Shown here: positions 63,353 to 64,000 of the stretch, in pieces
Layout of the letters: every line of letters begins with the position of its first letter
Position numbering within the stretch: position 1 is the first letter of the stretch
Source: Vicugna vicugna
Taxonomy: Eukaryota
Direction: 5' to 3'
DNA: 64,000 nucleotides
Assembly: GCA_013265495.1 (NCBI GenBank)
Contig: MU057584.1
Coordinates: forward strand, 846,608 to 910,607
Translations under genes and position numbers: made by a program
The notes under the pieces: generated by a model
What the model was told of the DNA's origin: nothing
What the model saw: only the letters and a program-made list of their open reading frames with translations
Databases searched by the model: none

Positions 63353-64000
63353 GGACTAGCTTTTAATTCATTCTTTTTAAAGGCTACATACTATTCCGTG
63401 GTGTGACTTCACCATCATTCATTTTATTGAACCACGTATCTATTGCTGGGTCATTTACTTTGTTTCCTCCCCCATCCCCTTCCCCAGCAGTACTGCAAAT
63501 ACCAGCCTCCTACAGATATTCTTACCTCCAAGAGGTTCTATTTCTGAGACAGAATCCAAAGGGTGGAATCATCACTGGGTGGATTAATTATGTATTTTCA
63601 AATGTCATAAATATTACCAGATCGCTTACTAGAAAGACTCTAACAATCCTTATTTTCATGAGTAACATGAAAGTGATCTTTTCCCAGCATCCTGCCCAGC
63701 AATGGGTGTTATTGTTCTGTTTATTTTTTGCACCCTGACCAGTGTAGTTAGCTCCTTGATACTCCTGCCAACACATTTATCTAAGTCTAAAATATGTTAA
63801 TAACACTATCCTCCTTCCTAGGCCTTAACTCAAATTTTTGATATCTTTCTGAGACTCATCTCCCTTTTTTTTTCTTTTTGTATTCATGCACATTTTAAAT
63901 TAAATTCTCCCAAGCCCAGCCTAAACCCTGACCAGTGACCTCCAGACCCCAAAGTTTTTCATCTCACTCATCTAAACTTTGAACAGTCCTCCCTGTAATC

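Overview
Mammalian genomic DNA, inferred to be camelid (alpaca/camel) from about 10 copies of a Vic-1-like tRNA-derived SINE. It is syntenic with the human ERCC1-FOSB-tRNA(Sec)-RTN2 block. From left to right: (1) ERCC1 on the minus strand, exons 1-6, with the gene running off the left edge and a decayed full-length U2 snRNA copy in intron 6. (2) About 28 kb of intergenic DNA with a chain of CpG-rich enhancer/promoter-like islands carrying MEF2, AP-1, CRE, RFX and CTCF motifs. (3) The complete FOSB gene on the plus strand (4 coding exons, 338 aa, intact 140-nt deltaFosB exitron). (4) A nested LINE-1 cluster. (5) The selenocysteine tRNA gene with its external TATA/PSE/octamer/SPH promoter. (6) The last six exons of RTN2 on the minus strand. 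Gene calls rest on recognised protein sequence plus GT-AG, frame-consistent exon boundaries. Comparisons with human sequence are from memory and need alignment. I found no new protein-coding system. The best leads are non-coding: an identical 16-mer paired with MEF2 sites in two separate islands; an inverted ZNF143 motif pair inside the RTN2 3'UTR upstream of tRNA-Sec; a U2 copy carrying 3'-box/genomic flank; unidentified retroposed cargo and a triple 3'UTR stack in L1; a relocated ERCC1 start codon; and a stop-free, in-frame FOSB intron 2. Many old MIR/L2 fragments are present but not listed individually.
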